A stretch of DNA of 29,326 bases, from positions 1-29,326 of the forward strand of contig JAUHYS010000001.1 in NCBI GenBank assembly GCA_030426445.1. The letters run 5' to 3'. Both the position numbers and the translations under genes were made by a program. Source of the stretch: a bacterium. GTDB lineage: Bacteria; UBA10199; DSSB01. Each line of letters begins with the position of its first letter. Position 1 is the stretch's first letter. This document shows, piece by piece, positions 1 through 9,344 of this stretch. The notes under the pieces are model-generated. The model saw only the letters and a list, made by a program, of their open reading frames with translations. It was not told the origin of the DNA and ran no database searches.

Positions 1-9
1 TGTGGAAAA
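1..9 (-). promoter_or_regulatory. Possible DnaA box upstream of nrdJ
   Basis: TGTGGAAAA = TTTTCCACA on the minus strand, matching the consensus TTWTNCACA. It is a single 9-mer at the window edge. Confidence 0.25.
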
Positions 10-55
10 GAGGGGTGGTGTGCATATCATTTTTTAAGTCTTGGTGGAGGATCTC

Positions 56-3000
56 ATGACTGTCGACGCTCAATCAAAAAGCAATCTAGCTAAAAACAAA
101 ATCACTCAACAGGGAAAAGGCCTTAAAATTTCCCGCTTACATAGCAAAAAAGGCCAGAATCCCTTAGATAATATCGAGTACGAATACCGGAGATCCGTGA
201 TTACCAACCCTGATGGTAGCATTGTTTTTGAAATGGACAAAGTCGAAGTCCCCCGCGACTGGAGCCAATTAGCCACCGATATTATCGTTTCTAAATATTT
301 CCGCAAGGCGGGTGTTCCCGAAACAGGGTCTGAAACCTCTGCTCGCCAAGTCGTCCACCGTGTGGCCCATACCATTCGTCAGGCTGGAGAGAAACTACGC
401 GGCTATTTTGCAAGTAGCGAAGACGCTCAGGCCTTTGAAGATGAACTCAAATATTTACTCATCACGCAACGGGGAGCTTTTAACTCACCCGTTTGGTTCA
501 ATTGTGGGCTTTACCACCAATATGGCATCGAAGGATCCGGAGGCAATTATTATTGGGATCCAGACAAAGATGCAATCCTCCAAACGACTAACTCTTATGA
601 ACAACCGCAATGCTCGGCCTGTTTTATCCAATCAGCTAATGATGACCTCATGAGCATCTTTGAGCTTGCCAAAAATGAAGCGCGACTTTTTAAATACGGA
701 TCGGGAACCGGAACCAATTTTTCTAAAGTTCGTGGTCGCCAAGAAAAGCTCTCCGGCGGAGGGACTTCCTCTGGTTTGATGAGCTTTCTTGAGGTCCTCG
801 ATCGTGGAGCAGGGGCAACAAAGTCAGGTGGAACCACCCGACGGGCTGCTAAAATGGTCTGTTTGGATATGGACCATCCCGAAATTGTCGATTTTATTAA
901 TTGGAAGGTCCGCGAAGAAAAAAAGGTCCAGGCCTTAATCGATGCCGGTTATTCCAGTGATTTCAACGGAGAGGCTTACCACACCGTCAGTGGACAAAAT
1001 TCTAACAACTCGGTTCGCATTAGCGACGAATTTATGAAGGCCGTTAATCAAGAAAGCGAGTGGAAGACCTATTTTCGCACCACGGGTGAAGTCTGCGATG
1101 TCTTCCAAGCCAAGGATCTTTTTAACCAGATTGCTAGTGCCGCTTGGGGTTGCGCCGACCCCGGAGTTCAATATGACAGCACGATTAATCGTTGGCATAC
1201 TTGTAAAAACACCGACCGCATCAATGCTAGCAACCCTTGTTCCGAATACATGTTTTTAGATGACAGTGCTTGCAACCTTTCTTCGATTAATCTGACAAAA
1301 TATCTTAAAAAAGATGGTTCTTGGGATATCAAAGCCTATCGCCATGCTATTCGCATCTTATTTATTGCTCAAGAAATTCTGGTAGACTTTTGTTCTTACC
1401 CCACTCAATCCATTGCCCAAAACAGTCACGACTACCGACCATTGGGTTTGGGTTATGCTAATCTAGGTTCGGCTTTAATGATCAAAGGAGTGCCCTATGA
1501 CTCCGAAGAAGGCCGACAAAGCGCAGCAGCGCTCACCGGTATTCTTTGCGGACATGCCTATGTGACCTCTGCAGAGATGGCAGCCAGCAAAGGCCCTTTC
1601 CCCGGTTATGCTCAAAACAGTGAACCCATGCTAGAAGTCATCGACATGCATCGTAAGGCCTCGCAAAAAATTGACGCCAAACACTGCGCCGCTGATCTCA
1701 TTGAAGCCGCTCAAGAAGATTGGGAACATGCCCTCACATTAGGAAAAAAACACGGCTATCGAAATGCACAAGCCACGGTCTTAGCCCCCACTGGAACCAT
1801 TGGTTTATTAATGGACTGCGACACCACTGGCATTGAGCCCGACTTTGCCCTAGTCAAATTTAAAAAACTGGCTGGAGGAGGCTATTTTAAGATTATCAAT
1901 CAGTCGGTCCCCAAAGCCTTGCAACGCCTGGGCTACAAAGCCGAAGAAATTACAGATATCGTCACTTATATTCGTGGAACCTCAAGCTTTAGTGGGGCTC
2001 CCTATATTAATCACGAAACACTTAAGGCAAAAGGACTTGGCATTGAAGAAATCGAAAGAATCGAAACCAGCCTCGAAGCCGTTTTTGATATCTCGCAAGC
2101 CTTCTCAACTTGGAATATCGGAACCGAGGCCATGAACCGCCTAGGTTTTGAAAAAAGCCAGTATTCAGCACCTGATTTTAATCTTCTTAAGGAGCTAGGT
2201 TTTACACCGGGGCAAATTCAGGAAGCCAATGATGTCATCTGCGGACGCATGACAATTGAAGGTGCCCCTCACCTTAGCCCTGATCATTTACCCGTCTTTG
2301 ATTGCGCCAATAAATGTGGCCAATACGGTAAACGCTTTTTAGTGCCCATGAGCCATGTTCGCATGATGGCAGCTGTCCAACCTTTTATTTCTGGAGCGAT
2401 CAGCAAAACTGTTAATCTCCCTCATGAAAGCACGGTACAAGATATCAAAGAGATTTATTTTGAGGCCTGGAAGCTTGGACTTAAAGCCGTGGCTCTTTAT
2501 CGGGACGGCTGCAAACTCTCTCAACCGCTTTCTTCCAAAAAAGAATCTAAGAAAGAAGCCAGTACAACAGAAAATACAGCAACAAATCAAGAAATTGTAG
2601 GTCTCCCCTTACAAAGAAGGCGCTTACCACGAAAACGACGCGGACATACCCAAGAAGCACGTGTGGGCGGCCAAAAGGTTTATCTGCGCACGGGTGAATA
2701 CGAAGATGGTACACTTGGAGAAATTTTTATTGATATGCATAAGGAAGGCGCCGCTTATCGCAGTATGATGAACTGTTTTGCCATTGCGGTGTCACTAGGC
2801 TTACAATACGGTGTGCCACTCGAAGAGTTCGTCGAGGTCTTTACCTTTACCCGCTTTGAGCCTCAAGGGCCCGTCGATCACCCTAATATTAAATTTGCTA
2901 CTTCGGTCATCGACTATATCTTTCGTAACTTGGGACTCGAGTATCTCAACCGCAGTGATTTAGTTCAGGTCAAACCTGAAGAACTGATTCATACCGGTGA

Positions 3001-3250
3001 CAACAAAACAGACGAGCCCCAAAAAGAAAACAATCTGCCTCAGGCTTTGCATACTAGCCAAACCGAAACTCCGAAAAATCTACAGTCCTCAAACTCGAAT
3101 CAAATGGCGGGCCACCAAGACAGTCTCAGTGGTCAGCTCTCCACGATGATGGGAGATGCACCTTTCTGCGATCAATGTGGCCACATTACTGTGCGCAATG
3201 GAGCTTGTTATAAATGTCTTAACTGTGGAAACTCGATGGGTTGTTCTTAA
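56..3250 (+). CDS. nrdJ: Vitamin B12-dependent (class II) ribonucleoside-diphosphate reductase with C-terminal TSCPD domain and Zn-ribbon
   Basis: NPCSEY thiyl-radical motif, [29 protein letters not shown], and C-terminal [24 protein letters not shown] at 46-50 favours ATG 56 over the track's TTG 41. No N-terminal ATP cone and no intein seen. Confidence 0.95.
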   Translation: MTVDAQSKSNLAKNKITQQGKGLKISRLHSKKGQNPLDNIEYEYRRSVITNPDGSIVFEMDKVEVPRDWSQLATDIIVSKYFRKAGVPETGSETSARQVVHRVAHTIRQAGEKLRGYFASSEDAQAFEDELKYLLITQRGAFNSPVWFNCGLYHQYGIEGSGGNYYWDPDKDAILQTTNSYEQPQCSACFIQSANDDLMSIFELAKNEARLFKYGSGTGTNFSKVRGRQEKLSGGGTSSGLMSFLEVLDRGAGATKSGGTTRRAAKMVCLDMDHPEIVDFINWKVREEKKVQALIDAGYSSDFNGEAYHTVSGQNSNNSVRISDEFMKAVNQESEWKTYFRTTGEVCDVFQAKDLFNQIASAAWGCADPGVQYDSTINRWHTCKNTDRINASNPCSEYMFLDDSACNLSSINLTKYLKKDGSWDIKAYRHAIRILFIAQEILVDFCSYPTQSIAQNSHDYRPLGLGYANLGSALMIKGVPYDSEEGRQSAAALTGILCGHAYVTSAEMAASKGPFPGYAQNSEPMLEVIDMHRKASQKIDAKHCAADLIEAAQEDWEHALTLGKKHGYRNAQATVLAPTGTIGLLMDCDTTGIEPDFALVKFKKLAGGGYFKIINQSVPKALQRLGYKAEEITDIVTYIRGTSSFSGAPYINHETLKAKGLGIEEIERIETSLEAVFDISQAFSTWNIGTEAMNRLGFEKSQYSAPDFNLLKELGFTPGQIQEANDVICGRMTIEGAPHLSPDHLPVFDCANKCGQYGKRFLVPMSHVRMMAAVQPFISGAISKTVNLPHESTVQDIKEIYFEAWKLGLKAVALYRDGCKLSQPLSSKKESKKEASTTENTATNQEIVGLPLQRRRLPRKRRGHTQEARVGGQKVYLRTGEYEDGTLGEIFIDMHKEGAAYRSMMNCFAIAVSLGLQYGVPLEEFVEVFTFTRFEPQGPVDHPNIKFATSVIDYIFRNLGLEYLNRSDLVQVKPEELIHTGDNKTDEPQKENNLPQALHTSQTETPKNLQSSNSNQMAGHQDSLSGQLSTMMGDAPFCDQCGHITVRNGACYKCLNCGNSMGCS

Positions 3251-3283
3251 ACCCTGACAAATTCTAAAGTGAATAATAGAAGC

Positions 3284-3886
3284 TTAGGTCTTTAAAAGGC
3301 GATCCAGCAGGCGGTTGGTGGTTCCAAAATAACCATTGGGATTTTTATAATGATGAGCTAAGTGATGCTGTTGCAGCTTTTTTAACCACAATGATTTGGG
3401 TTTAAAGCAATGCGCTCCATAATGCATCCATTCATAAAAAATATAAAAAAAGTTATAACCCGCGGAAATCAACATCGCAACCGCCATATCTTGAATGACT
3501 AAATACAAAAATAAAAACACCACTCCAGAAAGAAAGAGACTAATCACTGGAGGAATTTGCATAAAATAAACATCGTTGGGATTTTGATGATGCACCATAT
3601 GAAACTCTGCAATATCTCTTAAACGTCGCTTTGTTGCCAGAAAATGTTCAAAACGGTGAATGCTATAGTCTGATATATTGAGTAGAACTACACCTACTAA
3701 AAAATAAAATAAAATATGCAATCCACTCATGTTTGTGTGTAAGTAAGCATAGACAAAGAAAAAAAGACTCAACCCTAAAAAAACCAAAGTGTGAAACGCA
3801 GGATGGGAAACACGGAAAAAAATTTTTTCTCGAAAGCGCCCCCCTAATCGAATCCCAAAATATTTCCTTATAAAAGAAGTTTCCAT
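3284..3886 (-). CDS. Sterol desaturase / fatty acid hydroxylase family membrane di-metal enzyme (paralog 2)
   Basis: His boxes HRFEH, HMVHH, WMHYGAH and HHLAHH; hydrophobic helices; YFGTT..LDRL tail. Confidence 0.88.
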   Translation of the reverse strand: METSFIRKYFGIRLGGRFREKIFFRVSHPAFHTLVFLGLSLFFFVYAYLHTNMSGLHILFYFLVGVVLLNISDYSIHRFEHFLATKRRLRDIAEFHMVHHQNPNDVYFMQIPPVISLFLSGVVFLFLYLVIQDMAVAMLISAGYNFFYIFYEWMHYGAHCFKPKSLWLKKLQQHHLAHHYKNPNGYFGTTNRLLDRLLKT

Positions 3887-3944
3887 ATTATACCTCTTAT
3901 CGGTTTAGGTCCCTCCCCTGATTTTATTTTATCACATATTTTAG

Positions 3945-4565
3945 TTATTTTTTATTTTTATTAAATTTCATATGAGTCCCAAATAACATATCCCAAAAAG
4001 GATTGGTGACACCAAAACATTTTTTAGGCTGTTTGAAATGATGAGCCAGGTGATATTTACGTAAATATTTATACATGGGCTGATGAGTCTTAAAATGATG
4101 GGCCCCATAGTGTAGCCACTCGTAGTAAGTGTAGCCAACTGTCAACCCTGACATCATCAAGGCACCGGCACTCCAACTTTGTGTCACCGCAAAAAAAACT
4201 AAATAAAGCACCGAAGAAAGGAGTAAGCTAACGGTTAAGGGAGAAAAAATCAGATACTTATCATCGGTATCTCGATGATGTGCTAAGTGCAACATCGAAA
4301 CCATAGATTTAAAAGGCTCCCTACGAGTGTTCCAATGGTACACAAAACGGTGCAATACATACTCAATAAAAGTCCAAGCAATAATACCTAACAGAACAAA
4401 AACTATCATTCCTAGTACACTGTGATTTCCCCACAACCAGGCAAGGTAAAAAAGAGCCATCGCAACAGGTGCAAAAGCCACCGTAGGATGCCAAGGGCTC
4501 GACATCTTAAAAAAAATCTTACCCGAGAACGAAGGGCCTGTTTTTAAGCCTATTTTTTCTATCAT
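3945..4565 (-). CDS. Sterol desaturase / fatty acid hydroxylase family enzyme, FA2H/Scs7-like, without a cytochrome b5 domain (paralog 1)
   Basis: WTFIEYVLHRFVYH, HLAHH, YEWLHYGAHH, HLAHHF..FGVTNPFWDMLFGT. Confidence 0.9.
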   Translation of the reverse strand: MIEKIGLKTGPSFSGKIFFKMSSPWHPTVAFAPVAMALFYLAWLWGNHSVLGMIVFVLLGIIAWTFIEYVLHRFVYHWNTRREPFKSMVSMLHLAHHRDTDDKYLIFSPLTVSLLLSSVLYLVFFAVTQSWSAGALMMSGLTVGYTYYEWLHYGAHHFKTHQPMYKYLRKYHLAHHFKQPKKCFGVTNPFWDMLFGTHMKFNKNKK

Positions 4566-4587
4566 ATAAATCGGTCTCCCTTTTAAG

Positions 4588-4601
4588 TAACCACATGGTT
4601 A
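4588..4601. promoter_or_regulatory. Candidate TetR operator TAACCA-CA-TGGTTA
   Basis: Perfect 6-2-6 palindrome abutting the -10 of the hydroxylase promoter, in the intergenic region divergent from the tetR gene. Confidence 0.6.
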
Positions 4602-4630
4602 TTATAATAAAAAACAATTAATTTTGTCAA
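4601..4630 (-). promoter_or_regulatory. Sigma70 promoter for the hydroxylase pair
   Basis: Minus strand TTGACA (4630-4625), 18 nt spacer, TATAAT (4606-4601). Confidence 0.7.
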
Positions 4631-4700
4631 TAGCTGAAATAAACAACTGCGCCTAAATAAAAAGTTTCCAGACTAAACCAAATAATGTTATTAGATATAC

Positions 4701-5369
4701 ATGAAAACAAAAAAAAATCAAAATACTGAAAAAAAACCTCAAAAAAGAGATGCTCAAAAAACCCGTGCTAAAATCCTCAGTTGCGCAACCGAATGCTTTT
4801 CTGGCTCGGGATATGAAGGAACATCCTTAAAAGATATTTTAGATAAAGCAAAAGTCAATAAACGCATGGTTTATCACTACTATGGCAGTAAAGAAAGTCT
4901 CTACCGGTCAGTGCACCTCCACCAATGGAAAATGCTGAACGAGTGGCTAACGCAAAGACTATTAAAAACTCAGTTAGAAAGTAATACGGTTTGGACTGCA
5001 AAAACATTACTACTGAAATCAACTGAAATTTTTCATGATTTTTGCGCGAGTCATCAAGAGTTTATCCGCCTTTTATTATGGGATGGTTTAGAGGGAGGCG
5101 CTGTTTCTCGAAGTATTTGGGAAGAAGGTCGGGCCCCCTTATATGAACAAATAGTCAGTTTAGTAAAAGGGGTACAATCTAAAGGACTAAAATTAGGAGA
5201 AATCCAGGCAGACCACCTTGTGGTGAGCTTTTTAGGTTCCATGCTGTTTTACTTTGCTTATGCAAATAGTCTCAGCGATATTTTTGGAAATGACCCTCTT
5301 GACAAGAATATACTTGAAACCCGTAAAGATCAAATACTGAAGCAATTAAATAAGATTCTTACTTCATAA
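4701..5369 (+). CDS. TetR/AcrR family transcriptional regulator
   Basis: N-terminal HTH: ILSCATECFSGSGYEGTSLKDILDKAKVNKRMVYHYYGSKESLY. Confidence 0.93.
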   Translation: MKTKKNQNTEKKPQKRDAQKTRAKILSCATECFSGSGYEGTSLKDILDKAKVNKRMVYHYYGSKESLYRSVHLHQWKMLNEWLTQRLLKTQLESNTVWTAKTLLLKSTEIFHDFCASHQEFIRLLLWDGLEGGAVSRSIWEEGRAPLYEQIVSLVKGVQSKGLKLGEIQADHLVVSFLGSMLFYFAYANSLSDIFGNDPLDKNILETRKDQILKQLNKILTS

Positions 5370-5408
5370 AAAAAAGCCAGAGTGATACTCTGGCATTTCT
5401 ATTTTTTT
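5368..5408. terminator. Intrinsic terminator between convergent tetR and PPIase genes, probably bidirectional
   Basis: GCCAGAGT-GAT-ACTCTGGC stem at 5376-5394, an A8 tract on the left (U-tract for the minus strand) and a T-rich tract on the right. Confidence 0.75.
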
Positions 5409-5427
5409 TAATCAAAAAATACTTTAT

Positions 5428-5483
5428 TAAACTTCTTTCCTAACCGTAGGAGCAGGTTCTAAGCCTGCCCCTACAAATTCATT
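5428..5483. repeat. GTAG-family REP element, collapsed single-hairpin form
   Basis: GTAG-GAGCAGGTTCTAAGCCTGCCC-CTAC at 5446-5474. Its flanks match those of the 27137-27238 copy (17/18 nt left, 9/9 nt right). Confidence 0.8.
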
Positions 5484-5545
5484 CTTTTAAAAAATCATTG
5501 CGTTATATCAAATCAAAGAACAGCTTAGGAAATAAGTCTATTCAC

Positions 5546-6589
5546 TTAATGAGCACTTTTAGCCTTACTCGCGGGCTCTTTTTTAGCATCTGTTTTGGCT
5601 TTAATGTCTAGTTTTGGCTTAGGCTGAGTTGTTCTGACTTGAATTGGTGAGTTACCTTTAGGAGCCACTTTACTGTCAGCTTTCTCACTTAATTTTTTAA
5701 GATCTTCGTCTTCATAAACAGTTTCTTTGCTATCTATCAGACTTGTCATGAGTTCCTTTTGAATCTCTGACCGCAAAGTCATTTTGATTTCTTCTTCAAC
5801 TTCTTCAAAACTAGCTACTTTAGGAGCCTCTAAAACTTTAATAATATGATAACCTTGGCGGGTTTTAATGGGATCGCTGATTTCCCCTACTTTGAGACTA
5901 AAGGCCTTATCTACTAGATCTTCCATCTGCAGGGGTTTCACTCGACGGTCCTCTTTACCGATCAAGCCAAAATCACCGCCTTTTTTCTTAGTTCGCACAT
6001 CATCTGAATATTCCTTCACAATGTCTTCCCATTTACTGCCTGCATCTAGTTTCTGTTTGGCTTCCTTTGCCTTAACAAGCGCTGCCGCTTCTAAAGCACT
6101 TTGGTCTTGTTTTGGATTTTTATCTCCAGGCTTAGCCCTTTGGGGTCGAACTAATATGTGTGCTAAATGAACTTTATTATATTTTTTTTCTTTATTCTTT
6201 TCATAATCCGCTTTAGCTTGTTTTTCGATTTCCTCCATCATCAAGGCCTGAATAAAAGTGCGGCGATTATTTAGGATCACTCGGTTCTGGTATTTATCCA
6301 TTTCAGTGATTCCTCGCTTCACGCTTTCTTTATATAAAATCTCCTGAGTCAACAAACCATCAACAAGTTGCTTTTTACTTGCTGGATCATTGAGGCGCTC
6401 TTTAATCTTGGGTTCAAAGCTAGCAATATAATCTAAATAACCTTGATGTATGGAAACACCATTTTTTGTAGCTAATTTCTTTCCCGAATTAATCTTAGCT
6501 TCAAAGGCAGATTCCGAAGCACTTCCACCACCACAACTAGCCAAAAATAAAAGACCGAGTAAACTGACACTTAATATTTTGTTCTTCAT
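5546..6589 (-). CDS. PpiC/parvulin-type peptidyl-prolyl isomerase lipoprotein (PrsA/SurA-like)
   Basis: Lipobox FLAS-C, HLAHILV, YSDD..TKKKGGDFG, ISDPIKTRQGYHIIKV. A GGAGGAG RBS supports ATG 6589 rather than 6622. Confidence 0.9.
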   Translation of the reverse strand: MKNKILSVSLLGLLFLASCGGGSASESAFEAKINSGKKLATKNGVSIHQGYLDYIASFEPKIKERLNDPASKKQLVDGLLTQEILYKESVKRGITEMDKYQNRVILNNRRTFIQALMMEEIEKQAKADYEKNKEKKYNKVHLAHILVRPQRAKPGDKNPKQDQSALEAAALVKAKEAKQKLDAGSKWEDIVKEYSDDVRTKKKGGDFGLIGKEDRRVKPLQMEDLVDKAFSLKVGEISDPIKTRQGYHIIKVLEAPKVASFEEVEEEIKMTLRSEIQKELMTSLIDSKETVYEDEDLKKLSEKADSKVAPKGNSPIQVRTTQPKPKLDIKAKTDAKKEPASKAKSAH

Positions 6590-6646
6590 AAAAACTCCTC
6601 CACAAAACTGATAGAACTTCATGGATACAAAAATTTTAAAATTAAT

Positions 6647-6680
6647 TTCTAAAACTTAAATAAATTTTTAAGTTTTAGAA
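6647..6680. repeat. Perfect 14-bp inverted repeat in the PPIase/pgpA divergent intergenic region
   Basis: TTCTAAAACTTAAA, 6 nt spacer, TTTAAGTTTTAGAA. Confidence 0.7.
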
Positions 6681-6807
6681 TATAAATAAAAATATGAGCT
6701 ATTTTTTGTAAATACTTTTATAAGTAAAAGTCAGCTTTCGTCAATTCTTTCCTACTTTTATTTAAAAAAGAAAGTTGATGCCTTTCACGGACTGAGTTAT
6801 CCCAAGC

Positions 6808-7263
6808 ATGATGAATAAGCTCTCACTTATTTTAGCTTCTGGGTTTGGAGTCGGATACTCTCCTTGGGCAAGTGGTACCTTTGGAAGTCTTTGGGGTATC
6901 TTGTTTTTTTACTGGTGGCGAAATTTAAGTCCATTATATTTTTCTCTCTCTCTTATAGCATTCTTCATAATTTCCATGCCGATTGTTCAGTCTGCTGAAA
7001 AACAACTTGGCACCCATGACAGTGGAGTCATTATCCTAGATGAAATATTGGGATACTTAGTGGCAGTTTGGGCAATGCCCTTTAATTTTTGGACAGTCGC
7101 GATTGGTTTTGGACTTTTCCGGCTTTTTGATATCTGGAAACCCTTTCCTATCTCCTATTTAGATAAAAAAATAAAAGGAGCTTTGGGTGTCATTGTTGAC
7201 GATCTTGCAGCAGGAATTTTCGCTCATGTTATCTTAAGAGGGCTTTATCTGGTCTTCTTTTAA
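6808..7263 (+). CDS. pgpA: Phosphatidylglycerophosphatase A
   Basis: GFGVGYSPWASGTFGS, DSGVIILDE, FRLFDIWKPFPI, GVIVDDLAAG. Confidence 0.95.
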   Translation: MMNKLSLILASGFGVGYSPWASGTFGSLWGILFFYWWRNLSPLYFSLSLIAFFIISMPIVQSAEKQLGTHDSGVIILDEILGYLVAVWAMPFNFWTVAIGFGLFRLFDIWKPFPISYLDKKIKGALGVIVDDLAAGIFAHVILRGLYLVFF

Positions 7264-7305
7264 GACCTCTCTAACTTGTAAAAAAAGAAAGTAAATCACA
7301 TTAAT

Positions 7306-8562
7306 ATGCGAGCAGAAATCATCAGTATTGGAAATGAAGTAGTTGACGGTTCTGTCATCAACACAAACGCCAGCTGGCTATCCGAACAACTAAGTTCATT
7401 AGGCGTTCAAGTGTGCTTTCACTCTGCTGTACCTGACGACGAATCCCTAATATTGGATGTTCTGCAAAGGGCTCAGCAGCGCGCTCAACTTATCTTAATA
7501 ACAGGAGGCTTAGGGCCTACGGTCGATGATTTTACTATAGAAGTGGCTGCGAAATTTTTTAACAAGCCTCTAGTCATGGATTCAACGAGTCTAAAAAAAA
7601 TTCATGATTTTTTTGAAAAACTGGGCCGCAAAGCCAGTTCCAATCAAAAAAAACAAGCCCTCTTTCCTCAAGGCGCTACCGTTTTAGCCAATACAGTGGG
7701 AACAGCTCCTGGCATCTACTATCTATTTAAAGAAGTCCATTTCGCCTTTTTTCCGGGAGTCCCTTCAGAAATGAAGTCCATGTTCACTGATGAATTCTTG
7801 CCTATCTTAAAACAGGCCCCTGGCCGTAACCACGAAAGACAGCTTAAAGTCTTGCGTTGTTTTGGCATCCCTGAAGGACAAATGGATCATGAGCTCCGCA
7901 AAGAAATTAAGGGCCGCGTGGGGCTACTCCAGACTCAACTGGGTTTTCGGGTACGTTTCCCTTATATTGATGTACGGCTTTACAACTATGAAAGTGACCC
8001 TAAGAAAGCCGAAACCCAGCTCGAATCTTCTGCTCAGGTGATTCGCAATCATCTAAAAAATTATATTATTAGTGAAAGAGACGAGTTTCTTCCTAAAATT
8101 GTAGGCGATTTGCTGATATCAAAAAATAAAACGTTGGCCTGTGCAGAATCGTGCACTGGGGGGCTGATTGCGAACCTAATAACGGATGTTCCAGGAGCCA
8201 GTGCTTACTTTATAGAAGGTCTGGTCACTTATGCCAACCAAGCCAAAATCGATCTGCTGAAGGTCGACCCCCAAATAATAGAACAACAGGGTGCAGTTAG
8301 TGAACCCGTTGCTTTGATCATGGCTCAAGAGGTCCGTAGACGTGCAAAATCCGATTTTGGCATCGCAACCACTGGAATTGCCGGCCCTAGTGGAGGCACC
8401 CAAGAAAAACCTGTAGGTACAGTCTATATTGCTGTCGTGGATGAAAAACAACAATGGGTCAAAAAATTTCGTTTTCCTTTTGGCAGAGAGCGTTTCAAAC
8501 AGGTTGTGGCTGCAACCGCTTTAGACCGACTGCGAAGAAATTTACTGAGCTTTTCTGACTAA
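7306..8562 (+). CDS. cinA: Competence/damage-inducible protein A (MoCF-like N-terminus plus PncC nicotinamide mononucleotide deamidase domain)
   Basis: IISIGNEVVDGSVINTNA, ITGGLGPTVDD, PGVPSEM, ACAESCTGG, TGIAGPSGG..KPVGTVYI. Confidence 0.95.
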   Translation: MRAEIISIGNEVVDGSVINTNASWLSEQLSSLGVQVCFHSAVPDDESLILDVLQRAQQRAQLILITGGLGPTVDDFTIEVAAKFFNKPLVMDSTSLKKIHDFFEKLGRKASSNQKKQALFPQGATVLANTVGTAPGIYYLFKEVHFAFFPGVPSEMKSMFTDEFLPILKQAPGRNHERQLKVLRCFGIPEGQMDHELRKEIKGRVGLLQTQLGFRVRFPYIDVRLYNYESDPKKAETQLESSAQVIRNHLKNYIISERDEFLPKIVGDLLISKNKTLACAESCTGGLIANLITDVPGASAYFIEGLVTYANQAKIDLLKVDPQIIEQQGAVSEPVALIMAQEVRRRAKSDFGIATTGIAGPSGGTQEKPVGTVYIAVVDEKQQWVKKFRFPFGRERFKQVVAATALDRLRRNLLSFSD

Positions 8563-9210
8563 AAGTAAGACGACATCTTCTCCTACTTCGATTAATTGAA
8601 TCCTGTAACCATGAATTTCTGCTATTACAGGTTGAAGAGGCTTTCGCGTTTCTTGTGAGGTCAACAAAATTTCGTTCTTTTCTCCATTTTTACTGACTTC
8701 CAGACGCATGCCGATGTCACCGGTTCCAGCGCAATCAAAACCTCCATCTTTACAAAAGGTGTTCACAAATTCCTTTGAAAAAATTTCGAGTTCCGCTTTG
8801 TTATTTTTTGTCAAAACGGCGGTTTGGCCAACACCCAATAAAAAACGCTGGCCATCTTTAATTTGAATACGATTCTTATCTAAAACGACTTTTTCTTCGA
8901 AATGCTCTAAAAAAGAAACCTTATTTGCAATATAAGTCCCATTCGGCATTTTACTCACTTTAACGACAATCCGGTCTCCCTTTTTAAACTCTGCAAAGGC
9001 ACTCTTATTTTGATAACTTGTCCCGGAATTGACATAAATACGAATTAGAGGGGGGACATCCAGCCCCATACTGTGACTTTTTGGGTTAATATCGTGAATA
9101 ATACCTTTGAATTCTTCCCCATGAACCTGCAAACTACCCAAGAGAAAAAAGGGCAGTGTAAAAAACAAACTTCTTAGCATTTTTTTAAATATCATTTTTT
9201 TTTGTAACAT
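8542..9210 (-). CDS. Hypothetical secreted protein with an N-terminal DUF5666-like beta domain
   Basis: Signal-peptide-like N-terminus, a G.I..I....F.KGDRIVVKV......YIANKV pattern, and an AAGGAG RBS. Its 3' end overlaps cinA by 21 nt (convergent). Confidence 0.6.
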   Translation of the reverse strand: MLQKKMIFKKMLRSLFFTLPFFLLGSLQVHGEEFKGIIHDINPKSHSMGLDVPPLIRIYVNSGTSYQNKSAFAEFKKGDRIVVKVSKMPNGTYIANKVSFLEHFEEKVVLDKNRIQIKDGQRFLLGVGQTAVLTKNNKAELEIFSKEFVNTFCKDGGFDCAGTGDIGMRLEVSKNGEKNEILLTSQETRKPLQPVIAEIHGYRIQLIEVGEDVVLLLVRKAQ

Positions 9211-9344
9211 TTTATGATCTCCTTACTAAAAAACGCCTGATGATATCAAAAAGTTTTTTCTAACACACTTTAAAGACCCCATATTTTAATCCATGTAAAC
9301 GTATTTCTCTAGAAAGAACAAAGCATTTATGACATGAGGGCTTT

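Noticed and set aside
106-2590. Short ORFs inside nrdJ (106-375, 312-653, 595-837, 935-1198, 2339-2590)
   Set aside because: Antisense or alternate-frame shadows of a well-conserved gene, with no motifs or RBS.
41-3250. Intein or intron in the ribonucleotide reductase
   Set aside because: RNRs are common hosts, but the frame is continuous and no C/S...HN intein ends or LAGLIDADG motifs were seen.
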